Shown here: positions 44,069-55,706 of the stretch, one piece after another
Position numbering within the stretch: position 1 is the first letter of the stretch
Layout: each line of letters starts with the position of its first letter
Assembly: GCA_029979265.1 (NCBI GenBank)
Contig: JAPOHW010000002.1
Coordinates: forward strand, 24,552 to 88,551
Direction of reading: 5' to 3'
From: Actinomycetota bacterium
GTDB taxonomy: Bacteria > Actinomycetota > Acidimicrobiia > Acidimicrobiales > Aldehydirespiratoraceae
DNA length: 64,000 bases
Translations under genes and position numbers: made by a program
The notes under the pieces: generated by a model
Seen by the model: the letters and a program-made list of their open reading frames with translations, nothing else
Database searches by the model: none
Told to the model about the DNA's origin: nothing

Positions 44069-44623
44069 TCAGCTCTCCTCGATCGTGACCGATTCGATGA
44101 CCACGTCGGTATGGGGACGGTCCATACGGTCGGTCTCGACCCGTTGCATCTCGTCGACGACCTCGAGTCCACTCACGACCTTGCCGAACAGCGAGTACTG
44201 CGGCGGCAACCCGACACCACTCGGACCCGACACGATGAAGAACTGGCTCCCGTTGGTGTTCGGACCGGCGTTCGCCATCGCAACCGATCCGATCTCATAG
44301 CGGCCCGGTGCCGGGAGTTCGTCTTCGAACCGATAGCCGGGGCCACCACGACCGGTACCGGTCGGATCGCCACCCTGACACATGAAGCCGTTGATGATGC
44401 GGTGAAAGATGATGCCGTCGTAGTAGTGATACCGGGCCAGCGTGACGAAGTTGTTGACCGTCTTCGGCGCCTGCGCTGCGTTGAGATGAATGACCATCGT
44501 GCCCAGGGTGGTGACCATCGTGGCGGTGTAGGTCTTCTCGGGGTCGATGCACATCGGAGGTGCGTCGTCGAACTCCTGCTGCTTCGGGCTGGAACCGTCG
44601 GCATTGGGACACATGGTCGCCAT
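44069..44623 (-). CDS. Cyclophilin-type peptidyl-prolyl cis-trans isomerase
   Basis: 'YYDGIIFHRIINGFMCQGGDPTGTGRGGPGY' and 'SVAMANAGPNTNGSQFFI'. Confidence 0.9.
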   Translation of the reverse strand: MATMCPNADGSSPKQQEFDDAPPMCIDPEKTYTATMVTTLGTMVIHLNAAQAPKTVNNFVTLARYHYYDGIIFHRIINGFMCQGGDPTGTGRGGPGYRFEDELPAPGRYEIGSVAMANAGPNTNGSQFFIVSGPSGVGLPPQYSLFGKVVSGLEVVDEMQRVETDRMDRPHTDVVIESVTIEES

Positions 44624-44733
44624 GGTGATCTCGCTCTCGTCGATCTCGGTGCGGCGCGGATTCGCCGCCGATGAGGCTACCGCGGGCGAGGGATCACCCA
44701 ATCCGCCATCAGCATCGGCTTAGGGTGACGATT

Positions 44734-44907
44734 GTGAGGCAGACGAAACCTCCGAACGACAGCCGTGCGCCGCGGGTTCTTCACGCCTGCCCGCGCTGTG
44801 AGGTCACCTGGCGGGGCGACACCGCCACGACCTGTTGGTTCTGCGGTCTGCCAGGGATCGAGGCCGGGCACGCCCGCCTCGTCGTTGAGGACGAGAACGC
44901 GGCCTGA
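44734..44907 (+). CDS. Possible small zinc-ribbon protein (57 aa)
   Basis: 'CPRCEVTWRGDTATTCWFCG' carries two CxxC pairs. No convincing RBS, and the start is uncertain (GTG 44725 or 44734). Confidence 0.3.
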   Translation: MRQTKPPNDSRAPRVLHACPRCEVTWRGDTATTCWFCGLPGIEAGHARLVVEDENAA

Positions 44908-44967
44908 CCTGCTGGATGGTCTCCGGCCGGGCCGATACCGTGACGACGGACGTCGGAGGGAGCAGGG

Positions 44968-45576
44968 ATGACACCGCATTGGTCTGACAGTCGAGTCGAG
45001 GTCTACCGATACGTGGTCGGCCCCATGGACAACAACGTGTTCGTGATCCGCTGCCACGAGACTGGTGAGGCCGTGCTGCTCGACGCCGCCAACGAGCACG
45101 AGAAACTTCTGGAGTTGTGCCAGCGCCTGGGCGTGCGGACCGTGCTGGAAACCCATGGCCACTGGGACCACATCCAAGCGGTGCCCGAGATTCGTGATGC
45201 CGGCTACGAGGTCGGGATCACTGCGGAGGACGCTGCGATGCTTCCCTCCTACGACTACATCCTCGAAGACGAGTCCGTCATCGAGATCGGTCGACTTCGC
45301 ATCCATACGCATCACACCCCCGGTCACACCCCAGGGTCGATGTCGTTCAGCGTCGAAGGTGCACCGCTGTTGTTCAGCGGCGACACCCTCTTCCCGGGAG
45401 GCCCGGGAGCGACCCAATTCGAGGGAGGTGACTTCCCGACCATCATGCAAAGCATCGAAGACCGGATGTTCCGTCGGTTCGAACCCGACACGGTCGTGCT
45501 GCCCGGCCACGGGCTCGACACCACGATTGGAGCCGAAGCCCCCAGCCTCGACGAGTGGGCCGCCCGCGGGTGGTGA
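44968..45576 (+). CDS. MBL-fold metallo-hydrolase (glyoxalase II-like)
   Basis: 'THGHWDHIQA' (HxHxDH) and 'HTPGHTPGS'. Confidence 0.85.
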   Translation: MTPHWSDSRVEVYRYVVGPMDNNVFVIRCHETGEAVLLDAANEHEKLLELCQRLGVRTVLETHGHWDHIQAVPEIRDAGYEVGITAEDAAMLPSYDYILEDESVIEIGRLRIHTHHTPGHTPGSMSFSVEGAPLLFSGDTLFPGGPGATQFEGGDFPTIMQSIEDRMFRRFEPDTVVLPGHGLDTTIGAEAPSLDEWAARGW

Positions 45577-45627
45577 GCGACTGAGCCGGACTGTCGCCGG
45601 GCAGACCAGACCAGGCCCGTCGCTGCG

Positions 45628-46068
45628 TCAGTCGCCCTCTCGGTCGGACGCGTCGGCGCTCTCGGTCCGGCCGATCGTGATCACAACTCGCTGACACTCC
45701 CGCAGCCAGACCTCGGTGAACCCGTTCCATCCCTTGCGGACGAGTCGGCCATCGCGGTGGAGCGTGAGCGTCACGTCGAACTGCCACACAGCCGTGACGA
45801 AGACGGCCCCGAGTCCGGCAACGGCACCGGTCGCCAGGAGCAGTGTGCCGCGCGTGTCGCCCCCGACCACGACCAGTGCCAGGAACAACCCCGTGACCGC
45901 GACCGATCCGATCCCCAACACAACTCGAGCTGCAGTTCGCAGCCAGCCCGGGACCGGCGACAGCACCTCGAGTGTCGCCGTGGCGTCATCGCTGTCGGTT
46001 GCACGACGATCCTCGATCGCAGTCCGCAACGCTGTCACAACCTCCGGCTTCGGTGTCGGTGCCGTCAT
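45628..46068 (-). CDS. Hypothetical membrane protein
   Basis: Two hydrophobic helices ('VVLGIGSVAVTGLFLALVVVG', 'LLLATGAVAGLGAVFVTAV'). Start at 'MTAPTP'. The frame stays open with coding-like GC3 up to an ATG at 46254. Confidence 0.45.
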   Translation of the reverse strand: MTAPTPKPEVVTALRTAIEDRRATDSDDATATLEVLSPVPGWLRTAARVVLGIGSVAVTGLFLALVVVGGDTRGTLLLATGAVAGLGAVFVTAVWQFDVTLTLHRDGRLVRKGWNGFTEVWLRECQRVVITIGRTESADASDREGD

Positions 46069-46252
46069 CGTCGTCTTCTCGTCTCGACGAACCCAGCACT
46101 CGATCTTCACCCCACGATGATCGCACAGCACCGTTGTCACCCCGCCAGATCCGGTGGCCGACGCAGTGCACCCGATGGGTATCCCTGCACCATCGCGGGA
46201 TGGCCCCTCGGTCGTCGTCGCCCGGGTCTGCCGGCGCCGGTAGCGTTGGGTC

Positions 46253-47437
46253 ATGACCGAAACCGTGATTCTCTCCGGCGCTCGTACCCCGATCGGCAAG
46301 ATGTCCGGTGCGCTCGCCTCGTTCAGCGGCACCGACCTCGGTGGGCTCGCAATCGAAGAAGCGCTGAAGCGGGCCAGCGTGGCCGGCGAGGATGTCGACT
46401 TCGTCTACATGGGTCAGGTGGTCCAGGGTGGGGCGGGTCAGGTTCCCGCTCGTCAGGCTGCGCTGAAGGGCGGCATCCCCCTTTCCGTTCCTTCGACGGC
46501 AATCAACAAGGCGTGCCCATCGGGGCTCAATGCGATCGCCCTCTCCCACCGCCAGATCGCCGTGGGAGAAGCCGAACTGTGCGTGGCGGGCGGCATGGAA
46601 TCGATGACCCAGGCCCCGTACATCCTCCCGCAGGGTCGCGCGGGGTACCGCTACGGCGACGCCACGATGCACGATTCGCTCACGCTCGACGGCCTTTACT
46701 GCTCGATCGAACACGAGTTGATGGGAGCCGGAACCGAGCGCTACGCAGCCGCAGCCAAGATGGCCCGAGAGCCGATGGATGCCTATTCGGCGCTGTCGCA
46801 CGAGCGTGCCGCGATCGCGCAAAAAGATGGTCTCTTGGCCGAAGAGATCGTGCCGGTGACCGTTCCCCAGCGCCGGGGAGAAGACATCGTCGTGCGCGAC
46901 GACGAGGGCATCCGGGTCGGTACCACCGCCGAATCGTTGAGCGGCCTGAAGGGCGCATTCGGGGGTGCTGGGAACGTCACTGCTGGAAACGCCTCGCAGA
47001 TCTCCGACGGTGGCGCAGCAGCCGTCATCACCACGAAGGCGAACGCCGACGCGCTCGGTATCGAGCCACTGGCCGAGATCGTCGCCTACGGCGAGGTTGC
47101 CGGCCCCGACACGTCGCTTCTCACCCAGCCGAGCCGTGCGACGATGGTTGCACTCGAACGGGCCGGACTGACGCTCACCGATGTCGACCTGTTCGAGTTC
47201 AACGAGGCGTTCGCCGCCGTTGCCATTGCATCGATGGCCGACCTGGGCATCCCCACCGACATCGTCAACGTCAACGGTGGCGCCATTGCGCTCGGACATC
47301 CGATCGGTATGTCCGGTGCCCGAATCGCCATCCATCTCGCCTACGAACTCAGGCGCCGGGGTGGCGGCATCGGTGTCGCAGCGCTCTGCGGCGGCGGTGG
47401 ACAGGGCGATGCACTCGTCATCAAGGTGAACAGCTGA
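46253..47437 (+). CDS. Acetyl-CoA C-acetyltransferase (thiolase II)
   Basis: 'INKACPSGLNAI', 'NVNGGAIALGHPIGMSGARI' and 'ALCGGGGQG'. Confidence 0.9.
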   Translation: MTETVILSGARTPIGKMSGALASFSGTDLGGLAIEEALKRASVAGEDVDFVYMGQVVQGGAGQVPARQAALKGGIPLSVPSTAINKACPSGLNAIALSHRQIAVGEAELCVAGGMESMTQAPYILPQGRAGYRYGDATMHDSLTLDGLYCSIEHELMGAGTERYAAAAKMAREPMDAYSALSHERAAIAQKDGLLAEEIVPVTVPQRRGEDIVVRDDEGIRVGTTAESLSGLKGAFGGAGNVTAGNASQISDGGAAAVITTKANADALGIEPLAEIVAYGEVAGPDTSLLTQPSRATMVALERAGLTLTDVDLFEFNEAFAAVAIASMADLGIPTDIVNVNGGAIALGHPIGMSGARIAIHLAYELRRRGGGIGVAALCGGGGQGDALVIKVNS

Positions 47438-47450
47438 TCGGAGCCTCGCC

Positions 47451-48164
47451 ATGCGAGGGATTTCCACCGTGGCGCTGGCGGCGGCACTCCTGCTTGTCGC
47501 CTGCAGGAGCGCCGACGATGTCGGAGCACCGGCAGTGTCGATCACGGCCCCCGTCACCACGACGACCGCCAACACGACCCCCGTCACCACACCCACAACG
47601 ACCAGCACCACCCCACCGACCACCACCGAACCGACCACGACAACAACAGTCACGACGACAACCACAACCACCGTCCCGACCATCGACATCGACGGATCTC
47701 CGATGATCGAGTTTTCGATCGACATCGACGAGGAGCCGTTCGACGGGCAACTCACCGAAGCCGGGTTCACAACCTTCGTTGTCGAGACGCTGCGCGACGA
47801 ACGGTCGTGGATCAGTCGCGGTGTGGGATTTCGCCTGGTCGACGACGGCGGACTGTTCACGGTCACCGTTGCGACACCAGCCCGAACCGACGAGCTGTGT
47901 TGGCCGCTCCGGACCAACGGTCGATACTCGTGCGCGCGCAACGGCTGGATCGTGTTCAACAGCGATCGCTGGTTCGGCGCAACCGACTCGTGGCCAGCAG
48001 ATCTCGACACGTATCGCCGTTATCTCGTCAACCACGAGATCGGTCACTACATCCTCGGCGCCGGTCATCCCGGCTGCCCCGGCCCCGGTCAGCTCGCACC
48101 GATCATGATGCAACAAACCAAGGGACTCGGTGGGTGCAAACCGAACGGCTGGGTCGATCCCTAG
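47451..48164 (+). CDS. DUF3152-like lipoprotein with HExxH motif
   Basis: Signal peptide plus lipobox 'LLLVAC', a Thr/Pro linker and C-terminal 'LVNHEIGHYILGAGH'. Confidence 0.65.
   Translation: MRGISTVALAAALLLVACRSADDVGAPAVSITAPVTTTTANTTPVTTPTTTSTTPPTTTEPTTTTTVTTTTTTTVPTIDIDGSPMIEFSIDIDEEPFDGQLTEAGFTTFVVETLRDERSWISRGVGFRLVDDGGLFTVTVATPARTDELCWPLRTNGRYSCARNGWIVFNSDRWFGATDSWPADLDTYRRYLVNHEIGHYILGAGHPGCPGPGQLAPIMMQQTKGLGGCKPNGWVDP
47547..47678 (+). repeat. Low-complexity Thr/Pro-rich linker-coding region
   Basis: Encodes 'PVTTTTANTTPVTTPTTTSTTPPTTTEPTTTTTVTTTTTTTV', made of ACC/ACG/ACA-rich DNA. Confidence 0.8.
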
Positions 48165-48212
48165 CTGCGCGCCGGCCGCTCGTCGAGGCCGACGACACCA
48201 GCTGATGATGCG

Positions 48213-49157
48213 TCATGACGACGACGCAACAACTGCTTCACCCACCGTTTGTGTTCGCCACATGAAGCGTGTCTCCGACGGATCGACCGGGTGGCGACAG
48301 TGCATCACCAGCCGGTTGTCCCACACGACGACTTGGCCCGGCTGCCACGCATGGCGATAGGTGAAATCATCCTGCGTTGCGTGGGCCCACAGCGCATCGA
48401 GCAACGCCTCGCTCTCTTCGAGCGGCAAATCTTCCACGTACCCGTTGGTCCGCCGGCCGAGAAAGAGCGCCTCGCGCTCGGTGCCGGGTAGCCGCCGCAG
48501 GATCGGATGATACGTGCCGATCGCCTCGATCGGCGTCGCTGGTTCCGTCATGCCGACACGCAACGCCCCGTTGCTCGAAAACGTCGAATCGTGCTTGATC
48601 CGTTTGCCCTCGACCCGCCTGCGAAGCTCGGCTGGCAGGCTCTGCGCAGCGAGGACCTGGCTGCAGAATCCCGTATCGCCGCCCCGTTCCGGGACGTGGC
48701 GAGCGTGCAGCAGGGTGAACGTCGGCGGGTTCGGGATGTAGCTCATGTCGGTGTGCCACTCCCACTCGCCGAAAAACATCTCACTCGTCTCGACCCGTTC
48801 GCCGGTCCGGGGATCCACGTTGCCGAGGAAGAGCAGATACGGATCGATGCCCCGCGCCTCCAATCGGGCGACCTGTTCCTCGACCGTCAGCTCTTCTTCA
48901 CCGTCGACCCTGCCCTTGCCGTAGCCCGTGATCAGTCCCGGCGCGAACTCGTTGCGGCCGAACACGCCGGTGAGCGCGTTGAGCTCAGCGACCTCGAGCA
49001 TGCGTCCGAACTCGAACACGAGCGTGCCGTGATGATCGATCGCTGCTCGACGAAGCAGGTTGGCTGCCGCCGCATCATCGGGCAACGCCGACGGCTCGAC
49101 CCCGAAGATGCGGGCACCGAAACGGGCACCCTCGATCGGCTGCACATCGATGTCCAT
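48213..49157 (-). CDS. TauD/TfdA-family Fe(II)/2-oxoglutarate dioxygenase
   Basis: 'WHTDMSY' (HxD) and 'VVWDNRLVMHCR'. Its ATG overlaps the VOC gene stop by 1 nt. Confidence 0.8.
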   Translation of the reverse strand: MDIDVQPIEGARFGARIFGVEPSALPDDAAAANLLRRAAIDHHGTLVFEFGRMLEVAELNALTGVFGRNEFAPGLITGYGKGRVDGEEELTVEEQVARLEARGIDPYLLFLGNVDPRTGERVETSEMFFGEWEWHTDMSYIPNPPTFTLLHARHVPERGGDTGFCSQVLAAQSLPAELRRRVEGKRIKHDSTFSSNGALRVGMTEPATPIEAIGTYHPILRRLPGTEREALFLGRRTNGYVEDLPLEESEALLDALWAHATQDDFTYRHAWQPGQVVVWDNRLVMHCRHPVDPSETRFMWRTQTVGEAVVASSS

Positions 49158-49516
49158 CAGTGACCCGACGCAAGACAGAAACGGTTGCCTTCGGGATCGG
49201 CCATGATCGCCCACCGAAACCCCGCTGCCTCGTGCTCCTCGACGAAGGTGCCACCCAGCGTCTCGACGGCAGCGCGCGCCTCGTCGACATTGTCGACCTG
49301 GGTGTCGAGGTGGACCCGACCCGAAGCTGCTCCAGGTTCCGGCGATGCCTGCAGCGCAAGCATCACACCCCCGGGGTGCTGTGGTTCGAACCAGCAAAAC
49401 CCCGGAAACTCGGTTCGAATACCGGTTCCGAGCATCGCTGACCAGAAGGCCTTCTCGCAATCGAAGTCCGAGACATTGATCACGACTGCTCCGATCTTGG
49501 CCACTGCAGCGCTCAT
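49157..49516 (-). CDS. VOC / glyoxalase-family protein
   Basis: 119 aa from 'MSAAVAKIGAVVINVSD'. C-terminal 'ADPEGNRFCL' is typical of the family. Confidence 0.7.
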   Translation of the reverse strand: MSAAVAKIGAVVINVSDFDCEKAFWSAMLGTGIRTEFPGFCWFEPQHPGGVMLALQASPEPGAASGRVHLDTQVDNVDEARAAVETLGGTFVEEHEAAGFRWAIMADPEGNRFCLASGH

Positions 49517-49535
49517 GGATCGACGATATCTCCCT

Positions 49536-52655
<3,120 letters not shown>

Positions 52656-53309
52656 TCAGGGCCAGAGTGGCTCGTCGATCGTGAAGCCGATGTCGCTGCC
52701 CCACGTATTGCGGTAGGCGACCTCGTGGACAGGGTTTCGCTTGGCGACGCCCCACCTGCCGGTCGGATAGCCCATCGGGACGCAACCGGCCATCCTCCAG
52801 CCCTCCCCCGTGGGAACGCCGAGGAGCTCGTTCACCTCGTCGCCCTTCCAGTACCCCAGCACGGTGGTGAGCGACGAACCCACACCTTCGGCCCGAGCAG
52901 CGAGCTGGGCGCTCCAGATCGCCGGGTAGATCGATCCGCCGCTCGTGTCGCCCCGCTCGAACGCGAACAACAGGAGTGGATAGGTCGCAAAGTTGTCTTG
53001 CGCCCAGGTGACCGAGTTGATGATGCGGCCGAACTGTTCATCGGATTCGTTCTGGGGATCCGCAGCCGCTGCGGTCTGCTCGGCATACACCGTGCTCCAC
53101 AACTGATCGATGCAGAACCGATAGTGCTCTCCCAATGCTTCCCTCATGGCCGGATCGTCGACGAGCATGAACCGCCACTGCTGCCCGTTCCCTCCGCTCG
53201 GCGCACGGATCGCAGCGTCGAGAATGCGCATCTGCACGTCCTCGGGGATCGGATCGGGCCTGACCCGTCGCATTGCTCGAGTGGTGTAGAGCGCCTCACG
53301 GATGTCCAT
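52656..53309 (-). CDS. Nitroreductase-family protein
   Basis: 217 aa. 'ILDAAIRAPSGGNGQQWRFMLVDD', paralogous to the N-terminal domain of the 25439-26590 gene. Confidence 0.8.
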   Translation of the reverse strand: MDIREALYTTRAMRRVRPDPIPEDVQMRILDAAIRAPSGGNGQQWRFMLVDDPAMREALGEHYRFCIDQLWSTVYAEQTAAAADPQNESDEQFGRIINSVTWAQDNFATYPLLLFAFERGDTSGGSIYPAIWSAQLAARAEGVGSSLTTVLGYWKGDEVNELLGVPTGEGWRMAGCVPMGYPTGRWGVAKRNPVHEVAYRNTWGSDIGFTIDEPLWP

Positions 53310-53395
53310 GAAACGAGTTGAGCAGAACTCGCAACGGGGGGCAAAAGCGCAGGGGCCGCCATCCGGTCGACGGTTCCGACGCTGGCGTCGGTCCA

Positions 53396-53425
53396 TTGAC
53401 ATATTCATCTGAATGTATCTACGAT
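53396..53425 (+). promoter_or_regulatory. Sigma-70-type promoter: TTGACA -N18- TACGAT, predicting a leaderless marR-kyn mRNA, with an embedded ATTCA-N2-TGAAT inverted repeat
   Basis: -35 at 53396-53401 and -10 at 53420-53425; the ATG at 53432 lies 7 nt after the -10. Locally AT-rich in a high-GC sequence. Inverted repeat at 53403-53414. Confidence 0.5.
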
Positions 53426-53431
53426 CGAGGC

Positions 53432-53893
53432 ATGGCGACGAGCTTCCTCGAGGGCTACCTCCCCTACCTCCTGCGTCAAGCCGACCAGACACTGTCCGAG
53501 CCGTTCTATGCCGTACTGAACCGCTACGGCGTCGCTCGTTCGGAATGGCGCGTCCTCGCAGTCCTCCACGACCTCGGCGATCTCGGAGTGGTCGACCTCG
53601 CTGCCGCGTCACTCAGTCCCCAACCCACCGTCACCCACGCCCTCCGCCGCCTCGAGAATCGAGACCTCGTCACCCGACGGCCGGGCACCCACGACAAACG
53701 CCAGCGGATCATCTCGATCACCCCGAGCGGCGCACGCCTCACCGCAACCCTGATCGACGAGGCCACCGCACTCCAACGCGAGGCCCTTGCCGAGGTCGGC
53801 GGCCTCAGCGCACTGTCGCAACAACTCCGTGCCCTCACCGAAGCGGTCGAGGCACGAGCGCAGACACCCCAGACAACACAGCGAGCCGGATGA
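53432..53893 (+). CDS. MarR-family transcriptional regulator
   Basis: 'EWRVLAVLHDLGDLGVVDLAAASLSPQPTVTHALRRLENRDLVTRRPGTHDKRQRIISIT'. ATGA overlap with the next gene. Confidence 0.85.
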   Translation: MATSFLEGYLPYLLRQADQTLSEPFYAVLNRYGVARSEWRVLAVLHDLGDLGVVDLAAASLSPQPTVTHALRRLENRDLVTRRPGTHDKRQRIISITPSGARLTATLIDEATALQREALAEVGGLSALSQQLRALTEAVEARAQTPQTTQRAG

Positions 53894-54465
53894 TGCAGGA
53901 GAACCCGATGCCCGAGTACGACCCCGCCGATGCGACCGCTCGCCGACCGTTCGCCCTGCTGCAGTGGATCGACGATCACCGAGCTGAACTCACCCCACCG
54001 GTTGCGAACAAACAGGTGTTCCGGGAAGCCGACATGGTCATCATGATGGTCGGCGGGGGCAACGAACGAAACGACTTCCACGAGGACCCACGCGAGGAGT
54101 TCTTCTACCAACTCAAGGGTGACATGAGTCTCTGGCTGTGGCCCGAGGAGGGTTCGGCTCCGTTCGAAATGCCGATCCGCGAGGGCGAGATCTACCTCCT
54201 CCCACCCAACCTGAAACACTCGCCGCAACGCCCGGATCCTGACTCGATCGGACTCGTCGTCGAGTACCAGCGGCCACTCGGCGAACTCGATGCCTTCGAG
54301 TGGCCGTGCCCGACGTGTCATCGGGTCGTGCATCGCGTCGAGATTCAGGTGCAGGCGATCGACAAGGATCTTCCGCCGCTGTTCGCTGCGTTTCACGGCG
54401 ACGAAACCGCTCGCACCTGCGCGTCGTGCGGAACGGTGCATCCGGGCAAGGAGTATCGCCTGTGA
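53890..54465 (+). CDS. nbaC: 3-hydroxyanthranilate 3,4-dioxygenase
   Basis: Cupin 'NDFHEDPREEFFYQLKGDM...LLPPNLKHSPQRP' plus a C-terminal rubredoxin-like 'CPTCH...CASCG'. Confidence 0.85.
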   Translation: MMQENPMPEYDPADATARRPFALLQWIDDHRAELTPPVANKQVFREADMVIMMVGGGNERNDFHEDPREEFFYQLKGDMSLWLWPEEGSAPFEMPIREGEIYLLPPNLKHSPQRPDPDSIGLVVEYQRPLGELDAFEWPCPTCHRVVHRVEIQVQAIDKDLPPLFAAFHGDETARTCASCGTVHPGKEYRL

Positions 54466-55706
54466 CTGCGACCCTCACCGCAGCCGAACTCGACAGCGCC
54501 GATCCGCTTGCACGCCTGCGCGACGCCTTCCACCTGCCCGGGGAGTTGTATCTCGTGGGCAACTCGCTGGGTGCGTTGCCGAAGTCTGCCCCCAACTACG
54601 TCGCCACCGAGTTCGAGCGATGGGCAACACTCGGTGTCGAGGGCCACTTCACCGGCGAACTTGCGTGGAAGGACTACCACGCCCTGGTGAGCGATCAACT
54701 GGCTCGACTCGTCGGTGCCGGTCGCGACGAGGTGGTGGCGATGAACGGACTCACCGTCAACCTCCACCTCCTCTTGATCAGCTTCTATCGACCCACCCCG
54801 AAGCGCCACAAGATCTTGATCGAGGCGCACGCCTTCCCGTCCGACCACTTCGCCGCCGAGTCGCAGATCCGCCAACGAGGGTTCGATCCGGCCCAGTCGC
54901 TCGTCACCCTCGCTCCCCGCCCCGGCGAGGAGACCCTCCGAGTCGATGACATGCTCGCAACCATCGCCGAACTCGGCGACGAGTTGGCTCTGGTCATGCT
55001 CCCCGGCGTGCAGTACTACACCGGTCAGGTCATGCCGATGGCCACACTCACTGCGGCCGGACACGACGTCGGCGCCGTCGTCGGATTCGATCTCGCCCAT
55101 GCGGTCGGCAACATCGAACTCGACCTGCATGACTGGAACGTCGACTTCGCTGCCTGGTGTTCCTACAAGTACCTGAACAGTGGGCCGGGCGGTGTGGCGG
55201 GCGCCTACGTCCACCGCCGTCACGTCACCGATCAAACCCTGCCGAAGCTCCTTGGCTGGTGGGGAACCAACCCCTCGACTCGGTTCGAGATGGCAACCGA
55301 CTTCGACGCCATCGACACGGTCGAGTCGTGGCAGCTCTCGAATGCCCCGGTGCTGGCCATGGCAACGCTGCGTGCCTCCCTGGATCTTTTCGACGAGGCT
55401 GGCGGGATCGAAGCACTTCGGTCCAAGTCCGAGCGTCAGATCGAGTTCTTCGATCGACGGCTCGACGAGGTGATCGGCGACCGCGTGAGCAACATCACGC
55501 CCCGGGCCCTCGAGGAGCGTGGGTGCCAGTTCGCCCTGCAAGTCACCGCCGGTGACGGCAAGCGGGTGTTCGACGCACTCGAAGCGGCGCGGGTGCTCTG
55601 CGACTGGCGCGAGCCCGACGTCATTCGCGTGGCTCCGGTCCCCCTGTACAACTCCTTCAGCGACATCGAACGCTTCGTACAGATCCTCGACGGGATCGTG
55701 CAATGA
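54462..55706 (+). CDS. kynU: Kynureninase
   Basis: GTGA overlap. 'FDLAHAVGN' and PLP-Lys context 'WCSYKYLNSGPGG'. Confidence 0.9.
   Translation: MTATLTAAELDSADPLARLRDAFHLPGELYLVGNSLGALPKSAPNYVATEFERWATLGVEGHFTGELAWKDYHALVSDQLARLVGAGRDEVVAMNGLTVNLHLLLISFYRPTPKRHKILIEAHAFPSDHFAAESQIRQRGFDPAQSLVTLAPRPGEETLRVDDMLATIAELGDELALVMLPGVQYYTGQVMPMATLTAAGHDVGAVVGFDLAHAVGNIELDLHDWNVDFAAWCSYKYLNSGPGGVAGAYVHRRHVTDQTLPKLLGWWGTNPSTRFEMATDFDAIDTVESWQLSNAPVLAMATLRASLDLFDEAGGIEALRSKSERQIEFFDRRLDEVIGDRVSNITPRALEERGCQFALQVTAGDGKRVFDALEAARVLCDWREPDVIRVAPVPLYNSFSDIERFVQILDGIVQ

Noticed and set aside
45577-45635. 8-bp inverted repeat GCGACTGA / TCAGTCGC bracketing the convergent gap between the MBL hydrolase and the membrane protein
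   Set aside because: The arms are short and 43 nt apart, with only weak internal pairing. It may contribute to termination, but that is not supportable by eye alone.
45986-48010. 674-aa minus-strand ORF, and the 649-aa plus-strand ORF at 45757-47706
   Set aside because: Both are alternative or antisense frames over the thiolase and DUF3152-like genes. The translations are low-complexity (poly-V/T, Arg/Pro-rich).
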